Shown: positions 1-9,927 of the stretch, piece by piece
Layout of the letters: each line of letters opens with the position of its first letter
Numbering within the stretch: the first letter of the stretch is position 1
From: Motiliproteus sp. MSK22-1
GTDB lineage: Bacteria; Pseudomonadota; Gammaproteobacteria; Pseudomonadales; Balneatricaceae
DNA length: 64,000 nucleotides
Assembly: GCF_001968815.1 (NCBI RefSeq)
Contig: NZ_MIEQ01000049.1
Location: 155,757-219,756, forward strand
Direction: 5' to 3'
Translations under genes and position numbers: made by a program
Notes under the pieces: model-generated
Told to the model about the DNA's origin: nothing
The model's input: the letters and a program-made list of their open reading frames with translations, nothing else
The model's database searches: none

Positions 1-120
1 AGCGTGCTTAAGCTAATCAAGAACAAAAAGAGACCTGCTCTGGGAATAGAGCTTATCCTGTTTTTGTTCCTGGTTGCTGCGTCAGGACTAGTAAGGCATC
101 AAAATGTTGTCAGTAGCGGG

Positions 121-573
121 TTAGCTCAACCGGGCTTTGATCTTTTTGCTGACAATTCCCATATCGGCGCGGCCCTGTATTTGAGGTTTCAGGATCCCCA
201 TAACGCTGCCCATGGCTTGCATTGAATCAGCGCCGGTTTTACTGACCGCTTGGTCGATCAGTTGGTCAATCTCTTGGTCTGTTAGCTGGGCAGGAAGGAA
301 CGATTTAATCACCTCCAGTTCTTTCCTCTCTACCTCAGATAGATCATCACGGCCTGCTGCATCAAATTGGGCGATAGAATCACGGCGCTGTTTCTGCATT
401 TTATCCAGAATGGCCAGAATTCTTGTATCGTCCAGTTCTATGCGCTCATCAACCTCAATACGTTTGACCTCAGCTAGAATCAGACGCACAGCACCGAGGC
501 GTTCCTTATCGCGGGCACGCATGGCTTCTTTTTGTGCTGCTTTGATCTTATCTTTCAAAGATTCATCGCTCAT
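121..573 (-). CDS. yqeY: GatB/YqeY domain protein
   Basis: 150-aa ORF. The C-terminal motif ...ADMGIVSKKIKARL is typical of YqeY. It lies directly upstream of rpsU on the same strand, as in many gammaproteobacteria. Confidence 0.85.
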   Translation of the reverse strand: MSDESLKDKIKAAQKEAMRARDKERLGAVRLILAEVKRIEVDERIELDDTRILAILDKMQKQRRDSIAQFDAAGRDDLSEVERKELEVIKSFLPAQLTDQEIDQLIDQAVSKTGADSMQAMGSVMGILKPQIQGRADMGIVSKKIKARLS

Positions 574-636
574 AGTCTGTTCCTGATGTGGTCAGTCGGC
601 GGGGGAGCCGTGATTCAGTTCGTGTCAGTACTGCTA

Positions 637-852
637 TTAGTACAAGCGTACCTGACGACGATTTTCACGAGCCAGCTTCTTGGCGTGGCGCTTAACAGCT
701 GCAGCAGCTTTGCGCTTGCGTACAGATGTTGGCTTCTCGTAAAACTCACGACGACGAACTTCTGCTAAAACACCGGCTTTTTCACAAGAACGCTTGAAGC
801 GACGCAGAGCAATATCAAAAGGCTCGCTGTCACGGACTTTAACACTTGGCAT
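637..852 (-). CDS. rpsU: 30S ribosomal protein S21
   Basis: [42 protein letters not shown]... is near-identical in pattern to E. coli S21. I placed the start at the second Met (71 aa). Confidence 0.95.
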   Translation of the reverse strand: MPSVKVRDSEPFDIALRRFKRSCEKAGVLAEVRRREFYEKPTSVRKRKAAAAVKRHAKKLARENRRQVRLY

Positions 853-1167
853 CAAATTTACCCTGATTACCCTGATTGAAACAAAAAGGGTGGAGTTTTA
901 AGTTTAGTGTCTGTGGTCAACGAAGACCACAGTCCCTAGTCTCGCTATGGAAACAGGGGCGCATATTTTAATCCCAGCACCCGTTGATTGTAAACAGTAA
1001 AAAGTAACCATCTGTTGGCGAGACTGGTATGATGCGCTTTTTCAATGGCTGTGAGTATTTATACTGTAGTGCCTTGTACGCAATTTTTTTGTGCAGGACC
1101 GAGAGCAGGTAAATATAAATATCGAGCTGGACATATAAAACTGAAGGTGCGGATGAGGTATTCGAGC

Positions 1168-2205
1168 ATGCGGGTTCTGGGTATTGAAACCTCTTGTGAT
1201 GAGACTGGAGTGGCGGTATACGATAACCAGCGGGGTTTGCTGGCGGATGCTCTTTACAGTCAGGTAGAAATGCACGCTGAATACGGTGGGGTCGTACCTG
1301 AGCTGGCATCACGGGACCATATTCGCAAATTAGTGCCATTAATTCGCCAGGTTATGTCAGAGTCGAATACTGACAAAGAGCAGCTGGATGCGATCGCTTA
1401 TACGGCTGGTCCCGGTTTGGTTGGAGCGCTTATGGTTGGTGCTTCCGTTGCTCGCTCTCTGGGTTTTGCCTGGAAGGTTCCGGTGCTGGGAGTCCATCAT
1501 ATGGAAGGGCATTTGCTGGCACCCATGTTGGAGGAGAACCCGCCCGAGTTTCCATTTGTTGCGCTGTTGGTTTCCGGGGGGCACACTCAACTGATCCGGG
1601 TGGATGGAATTGGTTGTTATCAAATGCTGGGAGAGTCGTTGGATGATGCTGCCGGTGAAGCCTTTGATAAGGCAGCAAAAATGTTAGGTCTGGATTATCC
1701 GGGAGGACCTCGAATCGCGGCTCTTGCTGAAAAAGGCACCAGCGGACGGTTTCGATTTCCTCGTCCGATGACTGATCGTCCTGGCCTGGAGTTCAGCTTC
1801 AGTGGTTTAAAAACGTATACGCTGAATACGACCGAAAAACTACGTGAAGAGGGAACTCTGGATCAACAGGGTAAAGCCGATATCGCGTTAGCTTTCCAGG
1901 AAGCCGTGGTTGATACGTTGACTATTAAGTGTAAGCGGGCCTTGCAGCAAAGTGGCTTGAAACGTTTGGTTATCGCTGGCGGGGTAAGTGCCAACAGGCT
2001 TTTGCGGGAACGGCTTGAAACCATGATAAAGAAGGAGCGTGGGATTCTGTTCTATGCTCGGCCTGAATTCTGTACCGACAACGGCGCCATGATTGCTTAT
2101 GCTGGCTGTCAGCGTTTGATGGCGGGGCAGCAGGATGATTTGTGTATTCATGCCCGGCCAAGGTGGCCAATGAGTGAACTGGACGCGCTGTCTGCAAAGG
2201 GGTAA
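1168..2205 (+). CDS. tsaD: tRNA N6-adenosine threonylcarbamoyltransferase TsaD
   Basis: [19 protein letters not shown]... with HMEGH metal motif; ATG at 1168 verified in sequence. The ORF-track start at 1045 is an upstream extension. Divergent from rpsU, which is the classic arrangement. Confidence 0.93.
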   Translation: MRVLGIETSCDETGVAVYDNQRGLLADALYSQVEMHAEYGGVVPELASRDHIRKLVPLIRQVMSESNTDKEQLDAIAYTAGPGLVGALMVGASVARSLGFAWKVPVLGVHHMEGHLLAPMLEENPPEFPFVALLVSGGHTQLIRVDGIGCYQMLGESLDDAAGEAFDKAAKMLGLDYPGGPRIAALAEKGTSGRFRFPRPMTDRPGLEFSFSGLKTYTLNTTEKLREEGTLDQQGKADIALAFQEAVVDTLTIKCKRALQQSGLKRLVIAGGVSANRLLRERLETMIKKERGILFYARPEFCTDNGAMIAYAGCQRLMAGQQDDLCIHARPRWPMSELDALSAKG

Positions 2206-2356
2206 CAAATCCGGAGAAGACCTGGGGACTCAATGGCTGTAAAGCCTGTTAAGGTAAGAAAATGATTCAAGTTTGATAGTGATTAAAGTAAAACAGTGAT
2301 GGGGACCTGCCCGGTGTGTTTGGTTTAGCGGGGTCAGCCCAGTCAGTTAAGATAAA

Positions 2357-2947
2357 CTAAAGCTGATGTTCTGTACCTTTTACCAGGCTGATTAGGTTGG
2401 TTCGGTGTCGGAATATCAGTAGAAGGCAAATGAATCCGCAAACGGAAAGGTAGTCAGGGAGTAGCCAGTAGCAGAGCACAGGGGTTATCAGAGCTGTTGC
2501 TATAGCCGCTAAAGAGGAAATACGGAATATTGCCAGCACTGTCAGCCAGCAAAGTAGCTGAATAATGCCGAGCAGCAGATCAAATCCCAGAAAAACACCG
2601 AGTGCTGTAGCAACGCCTTTGCCCCCGCGAAACTGAAAAAACACCGGGAATAGATGCCCGATAAAAGCAGCCAGACCGACAAGGCCTATGCTAAGGGGCG
2701 ATAGTGATAACTGAATGGCCAGAAGGACCGGTAGGTAGCCTTTGAGTGTGTCCCCGAACAGTGTGAGTATAGCGGCCAGCCGACTGCCTGTGCGTAGCAT
2801 GTTGGTGGCACCCGGGTTACCGGATCCTTGCAGCCGAGGGTCGCCAAATCCCAGTAACCGACCAAACAGAATGGCACTGGATATCGAACCCAGCAGATAG
2901 GCGAGGGTGACAAGAATAAGGTCTGTTGACGCAAAGGTACTCAACAT
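2357..2947 (-). CDS. plsY: glycerol-3-phosphate acyltransferase PlsY
   Basis: 196-aa multi-TM protein with the PlsY motifs GSGNPGATN and FRGGKGVAT. Next to folB and tsaD as in E. coli (ygiH). Confidence 0.92.
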   Translation of the reverse strand: MLSTFASTDLILVTLAYLLGSISSAILFGRLLGFGDPRLQGSGNPGATNMLRTGSRLAAILTLFGDTLKGYLPVLLAIQLSLSPLSIGLVGLAAFIGHLFPVFFQFRGGKGVATALGVFLGFDLLLGIIQLLCWLTVLAIFRISSLAAIATALITPVLCYWLLPDYLSVCGFICLLLIFRHRTNLISLVKGTEHQL

Positions 2948-3118
2948 GGGACGCTGCCGGAAATGAAATGAGTCGCTTGCAGTGGATAATTGGTTGTAAC
3001 AGATTGGTTAAGGTCAGTAAAGCATGAGAGTCATCACACTGTTTTATCACCTCTCTGGTTAATTTGTTTTGACCTGTCGTTTCTTAAAATATAACAGCAG
3101 GGGATTGGAGTTCTTTAG

Positions 3119-3475
3119 ATGGATATTGTTTATATCAAAAGTCTGGAAGTGGAAACAGTGATAGGTATCTATGACTGGGAAAGAGAAATTCGGCAGACAG
3201 TCAATCTGGATCTGGAAATGGGGACCGATATCCGCAAAGCCGCCTCCAGTGAAGACATTGACAAAACCCTGAATTACAAAACAGTCACTGATCGTTTGAT
3301 TGATTTTATTGAAGGAAGTGAGTTTCTTTTGGTTGAAACCATGGCTGAAGAAATCACTCAACTGGTGCTGAATGAGTTTCCAACACCTTGGGTTCGATTG
3401 CGTCTTGGGAAACCCGGAGCGATACCGACTGCTGCGGATGTCGGAGTCATTATAGAAAGAGGGACCAGAGGCTGA
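3119..3475 (+). CDS. folB: dihydroneopterin aldolase
   Basis: MDIVYIKSLEVETVIGIYDWERE...KPGAIPTAADVGVIIERG aligns along its whole length with E. coli FolB. Confidence 0.93.
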   Translation: MDIVYIKSLEVETVIGIYDWEREIRQTVNLDLEMGTDIRKAASSEDIDKTLNYKTVTDRLIDFIEGSEFLLVETMAEEITQLVLNEFPTPWVRLRLGKPGAIPTAADVGVIIERGTRG

Positions 3476-3996
3476 TGGCGCGAGTTTACTTGAGCATTGG
3501 CAGTAATATTCAGCGCCAACACTATATTAGCCGTTGCCTTGACAGGCTATATGGTGAATTCGGAGAGTTGTTGATTTCCAGTATCTACGAAAGTGAAGCT
3601 GTGGGGTTTGATGCCGAGCCCTTCTTTAACCTGGTTACCGGTTTGGACACGGACCTGAGCTTGTCAGATCTGTATCGTCGATTAAGGGCAATTGAGCATG
3701 ATAATGGTCGTGATATCAACGCCTTGAAGTTCAGTTCCAGGACGCTGGATATAGATATTCTGACTTACGATGATTACGTTGGAAGCTTTGAAGGAGGACG
3801 GCTTCCACGAGAAGATATCACTAAGAATGCATTTGTTCTTTGGCCAATGGCTGAGTTGGAACCGAACAGTCTGCATCCTGAGGAAAAGATCTCTTATCAT
3901 CAACTCTGGCAGGCGTTCGATCGAAGCCAACAGGTGTTACGGCCGGTTCCATTTATTTGGCGGGGGCGTCAATTATCTGCACTTGCAGAGTCCTGA
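3475..3996 (+). CDS. folK: 2-amino-4-hydroxy-6-hydroxymethyldihydropteridine pyrophosphokinase
   Basis: MARVYLSIGSNIQ... with RTLDIDIL and LWPMAEL motifs. The ATG at 3475 overlaps the folB stop (TGATG), indicating translational coupling. The ORF-track start at 3388 is an out-of-context extension. Confidence 0.9.
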   Translation: MARVYLSIGSNIQRQHYISRCLDRLYGEFGELLISSIYESEAVGFDAEPFFNLVTGLDTDLSLSDLYRRLRAIEHDNGRDINALKFSSRTLDIDILTYDDYVGSFEGGRLPREDITKNAFVLWPMAELEPNSLHPEEKISYHQLWQAFDRSQQVLRPVPFIWRGRQLSALAES

Positions 3997-4053
3997 TATA
4001 AGGTATTCAGGACTCCCTAAGGTGCGATGCCTGAACACTGTTGTGCCAGTAGT

Positions 4054-5970
4054 CTAGAGTTTCTTGATAAACTCAGCCATGGCTTCTACCGCTGAAGAGA
4101 TATGTTGTTGTTCAGTGAATCCAGAAGCTTTTCGCGGTTTGAAACTGTGGTCTCCATCTTCTAAAAACTGGTAACAGACATCGGGAGATGTCGGGTAAGA
4201 TTCAACTTCTTCGCGAGTCCCAAAGCTGTCACGCTCTCCTTGAATAATCAGTGTCGGTATTTGGATACTGTGCAGGTGCTCGCCGCGATAGCGTTCCGGT
4301 TTCCCTTGGGGGTGAAAAGGGAAACCCAGACAGATCACTCCATCAATGCCAAGATGTTTGCCTTGCTCAGCGGCTAGCAGGGAGGCAAAGCGCCCACCCA
4401 TGGACTTTCCGCCAATAACTAATTTGATATCAGGCTTATTAACACCGCCTTGGGAGGGGTTGCTATTTTGCTTTGAATCCAAAAGTTCCTTGACCTGGGA
4501 TTCGAATGCTTCAAGCAGCTTGGGCGCTCTATCCGGTGGGCGTCTTTTTCCTGTTTCCCGGGTTTTGAGCATATAGGGGAATTCAAACCGTATGACCCTG
4601 ATACCCTTTTCGCCAAGTTGATGGGCGACTGATTCCATAAAGGAATGTTCCATTCCTGCACCAGCACCATGAGCGAATAAAAAATAGTAGCTGGAATCAT
4701 CAGGGCCATTAAACAGATTGCTCTGTATCAAAAGGTTTGTTTGTCGGTCAATGGCTTGCAGGCGGCGATTACGCAGTTCTGTGCCAAGGGCTTTGCCTTT
4801 GAATCCTGCAGCGGCAATTTCCCTCGGTTGTATGGCTTCAATAATATCGCGAAGCTGCTGAAGAGCTTGCTCCTGGTTGAACGAATCTGTCCTGGAGCTC
4901 CACTTGGCAATGGCGCGGGCACAAATCAAAAACAGAGGGAGCCGTTGAGGTCGCCGTTGAATATCGAGTCCTTCATAAAGCCTGAGCTTTTCTTCAGTGC
5001 TCAGGGAGTTGATCTCTAACAGCTGATCGCAGCGCTGCTGTACAAGTAAGCAGAGTGCTTTGTATTCATTTGGAGCTTTTAGTCTTTCTAACATTGATTG
5101 CAGTATGGCCTGGTAACGGGGGATATCTTCTTTATCGATGTTATTCCCGTTGCCCCGGCTTTGGTCTTTATTCTGGCGGGCTTTTGCGGCGCTGTTTTTG
5201 TGTTGGTTGCTGTCTTCAATACTTTTTTTAATAAAGTAGCAGAGGGTGGCGAAGCGAGCCGTAGCTGTATCCGTTAGTTGGCAACTCCGTTTGAGCGCTG
5301 TTAATGCTTGTTCCCGAACAGGGGAGCTGAGGATTTGTTGGATTTCAGGGAATAGCTCAGCCAGTGCCTGAGACTGTTCCAAAACTAAAAAAAACCGCTC
5401 AGGAGAATTCTCTGTCAGGGCTCTCTCCAGTTCCGCCCAGACCCGCTCAGGGGTCAAATGTTTTAGCTCTCCGCTGCGGGCTATGCTGGCCATTAATTCA
5501 ATTGTTTCTCGGGCGACCGAAAAACCAAGGTGTTTAAAACGAGCAGCAAATCGGGCAACCCGTAATACTCTTAGAGGATCTTCTGAGAAGGCTGGAGAAA
5601 CATGTCGTAGCAGGCGGGCGGCCAGATCTTTTTGGCCTCCATAAGGGTCAAAGATATTGCCTTGCCTGTCTTCAGCCATGGCATTGATGGTCAGGTCCCG
5701 TCTTTGCAGATCTTGCTCAAGGGTGACTTCAGGACTTGCATAGAACTCAAAGCCTTTGTAGCCGTGGCCAGACTTTCGTTCTGTCCGGGCAAGGGCGTAT
5801 TCTTCTTTGGTCTTTGGGTGCAGAAAAACCGGAAATTCCTTACCGACAGCCTGATAATTCAGCTTCAGCATCTGTTCCACGGTTGCTCCGACGACTACCC
5901 AGTCACGATCATAGACGGGGTAATTCAGCAATTTGTCCCGGACAGCGCCTCCTACCAAGAGGATATTCAT
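4054..5970 (-). CDS. cca: CCA-adding tRNA nucleotidyltransferase (class II, no HD domain) fused to a C-terminal alpha/beta hydrolase (COG3571-like)
   Basis: N-terminal ~427 aa: MNILLVGGAVRDKLL...DRDWVVVG...RRDLTINAMA is canonical Pol-beta-like CCA head/neck/body. The ATG at 5970 has a GGAG RBS 8 nt upstream. C-terminal ~211 aa: YYFLFAHGAGAGMEHSFM...FEFPYM...GGKSMGGR...GFPFHP...GDHSF is an alpha/beta hydrolase signature. The whole is one uninterrupted reading frame on the ORF track (4054..6126, true start 5970). Confidence 0.85.
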   Translation of the reverse strand: MNILLVGGAVRDKLLNYPVYDRDWVVVGATVEQMLKLNYQAVGKEFPVFLHPKTKEEYALARTERKSGHGYKGFEFYASPEVTLEQDLQRRDLTINAMAEDRQGNIFDPYGGQKDLAARLLRHVSPAFSEDPLRVLRVARFAARFKHLGFSVARETIELMASIARSGELKHLTPERVWAELERALTENSPERFFLVLEQSQALAELFPEIQQILSSPVREQALTALKRSCQLTDTATARFATLCYFIKKSIEDSNQHKNSAAKARQNKDQSRGNGNNIDKEDIPRYQAILQSMLERLKAPNEYKALCLLVQQRCDQLLEINSLSTEEKLRLYEGLDIQRRPQRLPLFLICARAIAKWSSRTDSFNQEQALQQLRDIIEAIQPREIAAAGFKGKALGTELRNRRLQAIDRQTNLLIQSNLFNGPDDSSYYFLFAHGAGAGMEHSFMESVAHQLGEKGIRVIRFEFPYMLKTRETGKRRPPDRAPKLLEAFESQVKELLDSKQNSNPSQGGVNKPDIKLVIGGKSMGGRFASLLAAEQGKHLGIDGVICLGFPFHPQGKPERYRGEHLHSIQIPTLIIQGERDSFGTREEVESYPTSPDVCYQFLEDGDHSFKPRKASGFTEQQHISSAVEAMAEFIKKL

Positions 5971-5989
5971 TGACTGACTGCTCCGTTGT

Positions 5990-6313
5990 TCAGCTTTCCA
6001 GTGTCTCTGGATATTGCTGTTGCCAGGCTTCAAAGCCACCATCAAGGCTATATACCTGCTCAAAGCCTTTTTCATAGAGGAATTGAGCCGCAGGTTGGCT
6101 GCTGTTCCCATGGTAGCAGTACACAATTAGAGGCTGGTCTGGATCATTTTGCTCAACAAAGTCCTGAATATTGATGTTGGTAAGGTGCAGTGCGCCTGCA
6201 ATATGGTTGCGTGCATAGCTATCTGGATCACGGATGTCTGCCAGGGTTGCACCTTCATCGATTAGTTTTTTCGCTGCGTCTGGCGGAATACGTTGAAACT
6301 GGGAGTTTTGCAT
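5990..6313 (-). CDS. glpE: thiosulfate sulfurtransferase (rhodanese)
   Basis: The 107-aa product aligns with E. coli GlpE (CYHGNSS active-site loop, DGGFEAWQ). ATG at 6313; the ORF-track start at 6331 is TTG. Sits directly upstream of cca on the same strand. Confidence 0.88.
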   Translation of the reverse strand: MQNSQFQRIPPDAAKKLIDEGATLADIRDPDSYARNHIAGALHLTNINIQDFVEQNDPDQPLIVYCYHGNSSQPAAQFLYEKGFEQVYSLDGGFEAWQQQYPETLES

Positions 6314-6503
6314 CAGTGAATACTCAATCAATGTTCGTGGTATGGGTCAGGAAAACTTGTTGGGTCGCCTAGTAAGCCTTCGGCAATTTTGGAACCTTGG
6401 CTGCGTTAGTTCTGTAGTTGTGGCCTGTTTTAGCCACAATTATGGTAGCCACAGTCACATCAGACAACACCAAGGCTAATGCAAAGCAACAGGCGTTACC
6501 AGC

Positions 6504-7319
6504 TCAGGCGTAGCCGACACTGGCAATACGAAAGATTTTTCTGTCTTCCAGCCGCATTGCTGTCAGGGTGCCACCCCAGACACAACCGGTATCGAGAGCG
6601 TGGACGTTGTCAGTATTGGCTTTGCCTTCCAGGGATGCCCAATGACCGAATACGATCGCTTTTTTTTGTGTTTTTCTGTCAGGAAAACTGTACCAGGGGT
6701 GGAATCCATCCGGTGCTTTATCGGGGCCTGATTTTGCCTTGAATTCCAATTCTCCTTCAGCACTGCAAAAACGCATACGGGTAAAATAATTGGTAATGCA
6801 GCGTAACCGATCCCAGCCGGTCAGTGAGTCTTCCCAGCGACCGGGTTGATTGCCGTACATCTGATCGAAATAAAGTCCAGCATCATCGCTTCTGAGCACT
6901 TCTTCAACCTCGCGGGAGTAACTCTTAGCCTGCTTTAATGTCCAGATCGGTGGAATGCCTGCATGAACCATGGTGAATTTCAACTTCGAGTCATGGTGTA
7001 GCAAAGGTTGCTGGCGCAGCCAATCCAGCAAAGGCTCCCTGTCTGGAGCTGAAAGGATTTCATCCAAAGTGTCTTTTCGGCTGGGCTTTGCGCTACCGTT
7101 GGCGATTGCAAGCAAGTGCAAGTCGTGGTTTCCGAGTACGACTCTGATCTGACGGCCAAGGCCCTTTGCAAAGCGCAGGGTTTCCAGAGAGGCTGGGCCT
7201 CGGTTCACCAGGTCACCGGTTAACCACAATTGGTCGTCTTCAGTGAAACTGACAAGCTCCAGTAACGAGAGAAGTTCGTCAAGGCAACCTTGAACATCAC
7301 CGACAGCGTAGGTGGCCAT
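6504..7319 (-). CDS. apaH: bis(5'-nucleosyl)-tetraphosphatase, symmetrical
   Basis: MATYAVGDVQGCLDEL...GDLVNRGP...GNHD are calcineurin-like phosphoesterase motifs matching ApaH. Confidence 0.93.
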   Translation of the reverse strand: MATYAVGDVQGCLDELLSLLELVSFTEDDQLWLTGDLVNRGPASLETLRFAKGLGRQIRVVLGNHDLHLLAIANGSAKPSRKDTLDEILSAPDREPLLDWLRQQPLLHHDSKLKFTMVHAGIPPIWTLKQAKSYSREVEEVLRSDDAGLYFDQMYGNQPGRWEDSLTGWDRLRCITNYFTRMRFCSAEGELEFKAKSGPDKAPDGFHPWYSFPDRKTQKKAIVFGHWASLEGKANTDNVHALDTGCVWGGTLTAMRLEDRKIFRIASVGYA

Positions 7320-7333
7320 AATCAGTCTCGCAA

Positions 7334-7717
7334 TTAGTGTAGAGCGTTTGGCAGTGCAAGAGTAAAGGCCTGGATTGGCGCTTCAAAATGGTCCCCTGAT
7401 GCTGTACGCATACGGTAATGACCTGTCATGCTGCCGACTTCGGTTGCGATAACGGTTCCGCTGGTATAGGTGTAGCTTTCACCAGGACTGATGGTTGGCT
7501 GTTCTCCGATAACTCCCTGGCCCTCCACTTCCTGAATTTGCTGATCACCATCGGTAATTTGCCAATATCGGCTTAGAAGCTGCACCGATTCAGTGTCATT
7601 GTTGGTGATAGTAATCAAATAGGAAAACACATAACGCTTGTTGTCCGGATCTGACTGCTCGTCCAAATACTGGGTTTCTACGTCAATATTGACGGGATGT
7701 GATTGAATCAGGCCCAT
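7334..7717 (-). CDS. apaG: ApaG protein
   Basis: Matches E. coli ApaG (SRYWQITDG...GEQP.I.PGE.Y.YTSG). I chose the ATG at 7717 (127 aa) by alignment length; the ORF-track start at 7783 would overlap the rsmA stop. Confidence 0.85.
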   Translation of the reverse strand: MGLIQSHPVNIDVETQYLDEQSDPDNKRYVFSYLITITNNDTESVQLLSRYWQITDGDQQIQEVEGQGVIGEQPTISPGESYTYTSGTVIATEVGSMTGHYRMRTASGDHFEAPIQAFTLALPNALH

Positions 7718-7783
7718 TCGCCTAAACTCTCCTTGGTTCTTGTTATGAACTTGGGTTGTTTTAATTAACTCGGATCGTTGCAC

Positions 7784-8596
7784 TTAACTGGGATTATCTT
7801 GCTTAAACCCTGTATAGGCGTCAGCCAATTTGACAAAATCGCTGAGAGACAGTCGCTCAGGACGAATACCAGGGTCTATCTCCAGTGCTTCGATTTGCTC
7901 GGTTGGAAGTGTCTTTTTCAAGTTGTTGCGTAAGGTCTTACGGCGTTGACCAAAACTAATACGGACAATGCTGGCAAAGTCCTTAGTATCTCGTGCAGGG
8001 TGTGGCAATTCAGCGTAAGGGCTGAGTCTGACAATCGCTGAGTCTACTTTGGGCCTTGGATCAAACGCTTCCGGTGGTACTACAAACAGGTTGTCTACCT
8101 GGCAATAGTACTGCGCCATAATTCCCAGACGACCGTAGTTGTTTTCTCCGGGCTGGGCTGCCAGCCGCTGAACTACTTCCTTCTGGAGCATAAAGTGCAT
8201 ATCTTTAATAATGCCTGTATGTGCCAGTAGATGGAAAATTAGCGGTGTTGATATGTTGTAGGGCAGATTGCCAACGACTCTGAGCTGCTGAGGAGACTGC
8301 TCTGACTCCAACAGGCTGTTGAAGTCGAACTTAAGAGCATCACCCTCGTGGATGCGAAACTTGTCTTCGTAACTAAAAAAGCGTGTACGGAGAATGGGGA
8401 TCAGATCCCGATCCAATTCAACAACATCCAATTCTCCAACAGCTTCCAACAGTTCCTCGGTAATAGCCCCCAATCCCGGGCCAATTTCAACAAGGTGCTG
8501 TCCTGGTTTCGGGGATATGCTTCGGATAATTCTGCGGATGATATGGCCATCCTGCAGAAAATTCTGGCCGAACCGTTTTCTGGCCTTATGAGTCAA
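7784..8596 (-). CDS. rsmA: 16S rRNA (adenine1518/1519-N6)-dimethyltransferase
   Basis: ARKRFGQNFLQD...VEIGPGLGAIT is the KsgA/Dim1 signature. Confidence 0.93.
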   Translation of the reverse strand: MTHKARKRFGQNFLQDGHIIRRIIRSISPKPGQHLVEIGPGLGAITEELLEAVGELDVVELDRDLIPILRTRFFSYEDKFRIHEGDALKFDFNSLLESEQSPQQLRVVGNLPYNISTPLIFHLLAHTGIIKDMHFMLQKEVVQRLAAQPGENNYGRLGIMAQYYCQVDNLFVVPPEAFDPRPKVDSAIVRLSPYAELPHPARDTKDFASIVRISFGQRRKTLRNNLKKTLPTEQIEALEIDPGIRPERLSLSDFVKLADAYTGFKQDNPS

Positions 8597-8838
8597 TGGA
8601 TTACCTGCTGGTTTGTAATGCTGGTTAGTTGTGAAGCTAGTGCCGTTCTGTCTGGAGGGGCATTATATCACCTGAAAATCAATTGATCTGTAGTTCGAAT
8701 AGGGTGGTCTTGATTGCCAAATGTTTATCGCGCTTTATTGATCCACCAGAATTGACCAAACAGCGTCTCAACTTCAGAAAAATATGATCCAGAAATGGAC
8801 CGTCTTATCGGCTGGATAAAGGTGGCGAATTCTAACTG

Positions 8839-9831
8839 TTACTTAGCTGCCGCTTCAGCCATCTCTGCTGCATAGCTGATGGCTGTTTCCAGGCTACCGG
8901 TATCAGCTTTACCTGTGGCGGCTAAATCCAGAGCGGTACCATGATCTACCGAAGTTCGGATAATGGGTAATCCGAGAGTTATATTAACCGCACGCCCAAA
9001 TCCTTTGTATTTAAGTACCGGTAGTCCCTGGTCATGATACATGGCCAGAACAGCGTCAGCATCTTTAAGAAGATGATCAGTGAACAGAGTGTCGGCAGGT
9101 AGAGGACCTGTAAGATTAAGTCCCTCTTCTCTTAACTGATTCAGGGTTGGTTCAATAATGTCTATTTCCTCTCGGCCAAGATGCCCATTTTCGCCAGCGT
9201 GTGGGTTTAATCCGCACACTAGAATTCTCGGGTTTTCGAGAGCGAAGTACTTTCTTAAATCCTGGTCGAGGATGCGGGCTATTGAGCTGATTCGTTCGGG
9301 TGTTATTGCTGCGGGAATCTGCGCTAAAGGCAGGTGAGTGGTTACTAAGGCCACACGTAGTCCCTCAGTTGCTAACATCATGACCACCTGAGGGCTACTG
9401 GTGTGTTCCTGCAGGTATTCAGTATGGCCGCTGAATTTGATACCGCTGTCGTTAATAATACCTTTATTCACCGGGGCGGTAACCAGCGCTGAGTAGCTTC
9501 CATCCAGGCAGCCATCCACCGCTGTCGTTAACGTATCGAGTACATAGCCGGCATTGGTGGAATTAAGATGCCCGGGGATTACCGGACTGCTTAGTGAGAC
9601 AGGTGCCACGCAAAGCTCTTGAGGAGCAGAGCCGCGAGGAGGTTGATTGCTATCGAATTCCCGGAGAGTCAAGGGCAACCCCAGCTGCCCGGCTCGCTCT
9701 TTCATCAACTCGGGGTCTGCAATGATTACCAGCTCGTGGGGCTGTGATTGCTGAGCTATTTGTATACACAGGTCTGGTCCAATGCCTGCGGGTTCACCTG
9801 GAGTAACAGCAATTCGTAGTGATTTTTTCAT
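8839..9831 (-). CDS. pdxA: 4-hydroxythreonine-4-phosphate dehydrogenase
   Basis: 330-aa PdxA-family protein ([19 protein letters not shown] motifs) in the pdxA-rsmA-apaG-apaH order. Confidence 0.92.
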   Translation of the reverse strand: MKKSLRIAVTPGEPAGIGPDLCIQIAQQSQPHELVIIADPELMKERAGQLGLPLTLREFDSNQPPRGSAPQELCVAPVSLSSPVIPGHLNSTNAGYVLDTLTTAVDGCLDGSYSALVTAPVNKGIINDSGIKFSGHTEYLQEHTSSPQVVMMLATEGLRVALVTTHLPLAQIPAAITPERISSIARILDQDLRKYFALENPRILVCGLNPHAGENGHLGREEIDIIEPTLNQLREEGLNLTGPLPADTLFTDHLLKDADAVLAMYHDQGLPVLKYKGFGRAVNITLGLPIIRTSVDHGTALDLAATGKADTGSLETAISYAAEMAEAAAK

Positions 9832-9927
9832 CGTGATGATTGGACCATTGTCAGTGGGGGGAAAGCAGCAAATTAACGCAGCAGCTCCGTGATATACCCC
9901 CGTGTAAGTCGCCGTAGCGGCTAAGGG

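Noticed and set aside
4-586. Plus-strand ORFs 4..225 and 212..586 overlapping yqeY on the opposite strand
   Set aside because: They are antisense to a well-supported conserved gene, have low-complexity products (SWSISWSVSW…), and carry no RBS or homology signal.
968-1339. Minus-strand ORFs 968..1339 and 1042..1275 overlapping the tsaD 5' region
   Set aside because: Antisense to tsaD and its promoter region, with no recognisable product. Typical shadow ORFs.
5971-6126. N-terminal 52-aa extension of the cca ORF (ORF-track start 6126)
   Set aside because: It would overlap the glpE coding region by about 135 nt. Homology starts exactly at MNILLVGGAVRD, and that ATG has a GGAG RBS, so the start was set to 5970.
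8597-8838. 242-bp gap between pdxA and rsmA, including a GTTCGAAT T-loop-like motif near 8685-8700
   Set aside because: Flanking bases do not form a T-stem, acceptor stem or CCA end, so it is not a tRNA. The gap is probably just an internal promoter region for rsmA.
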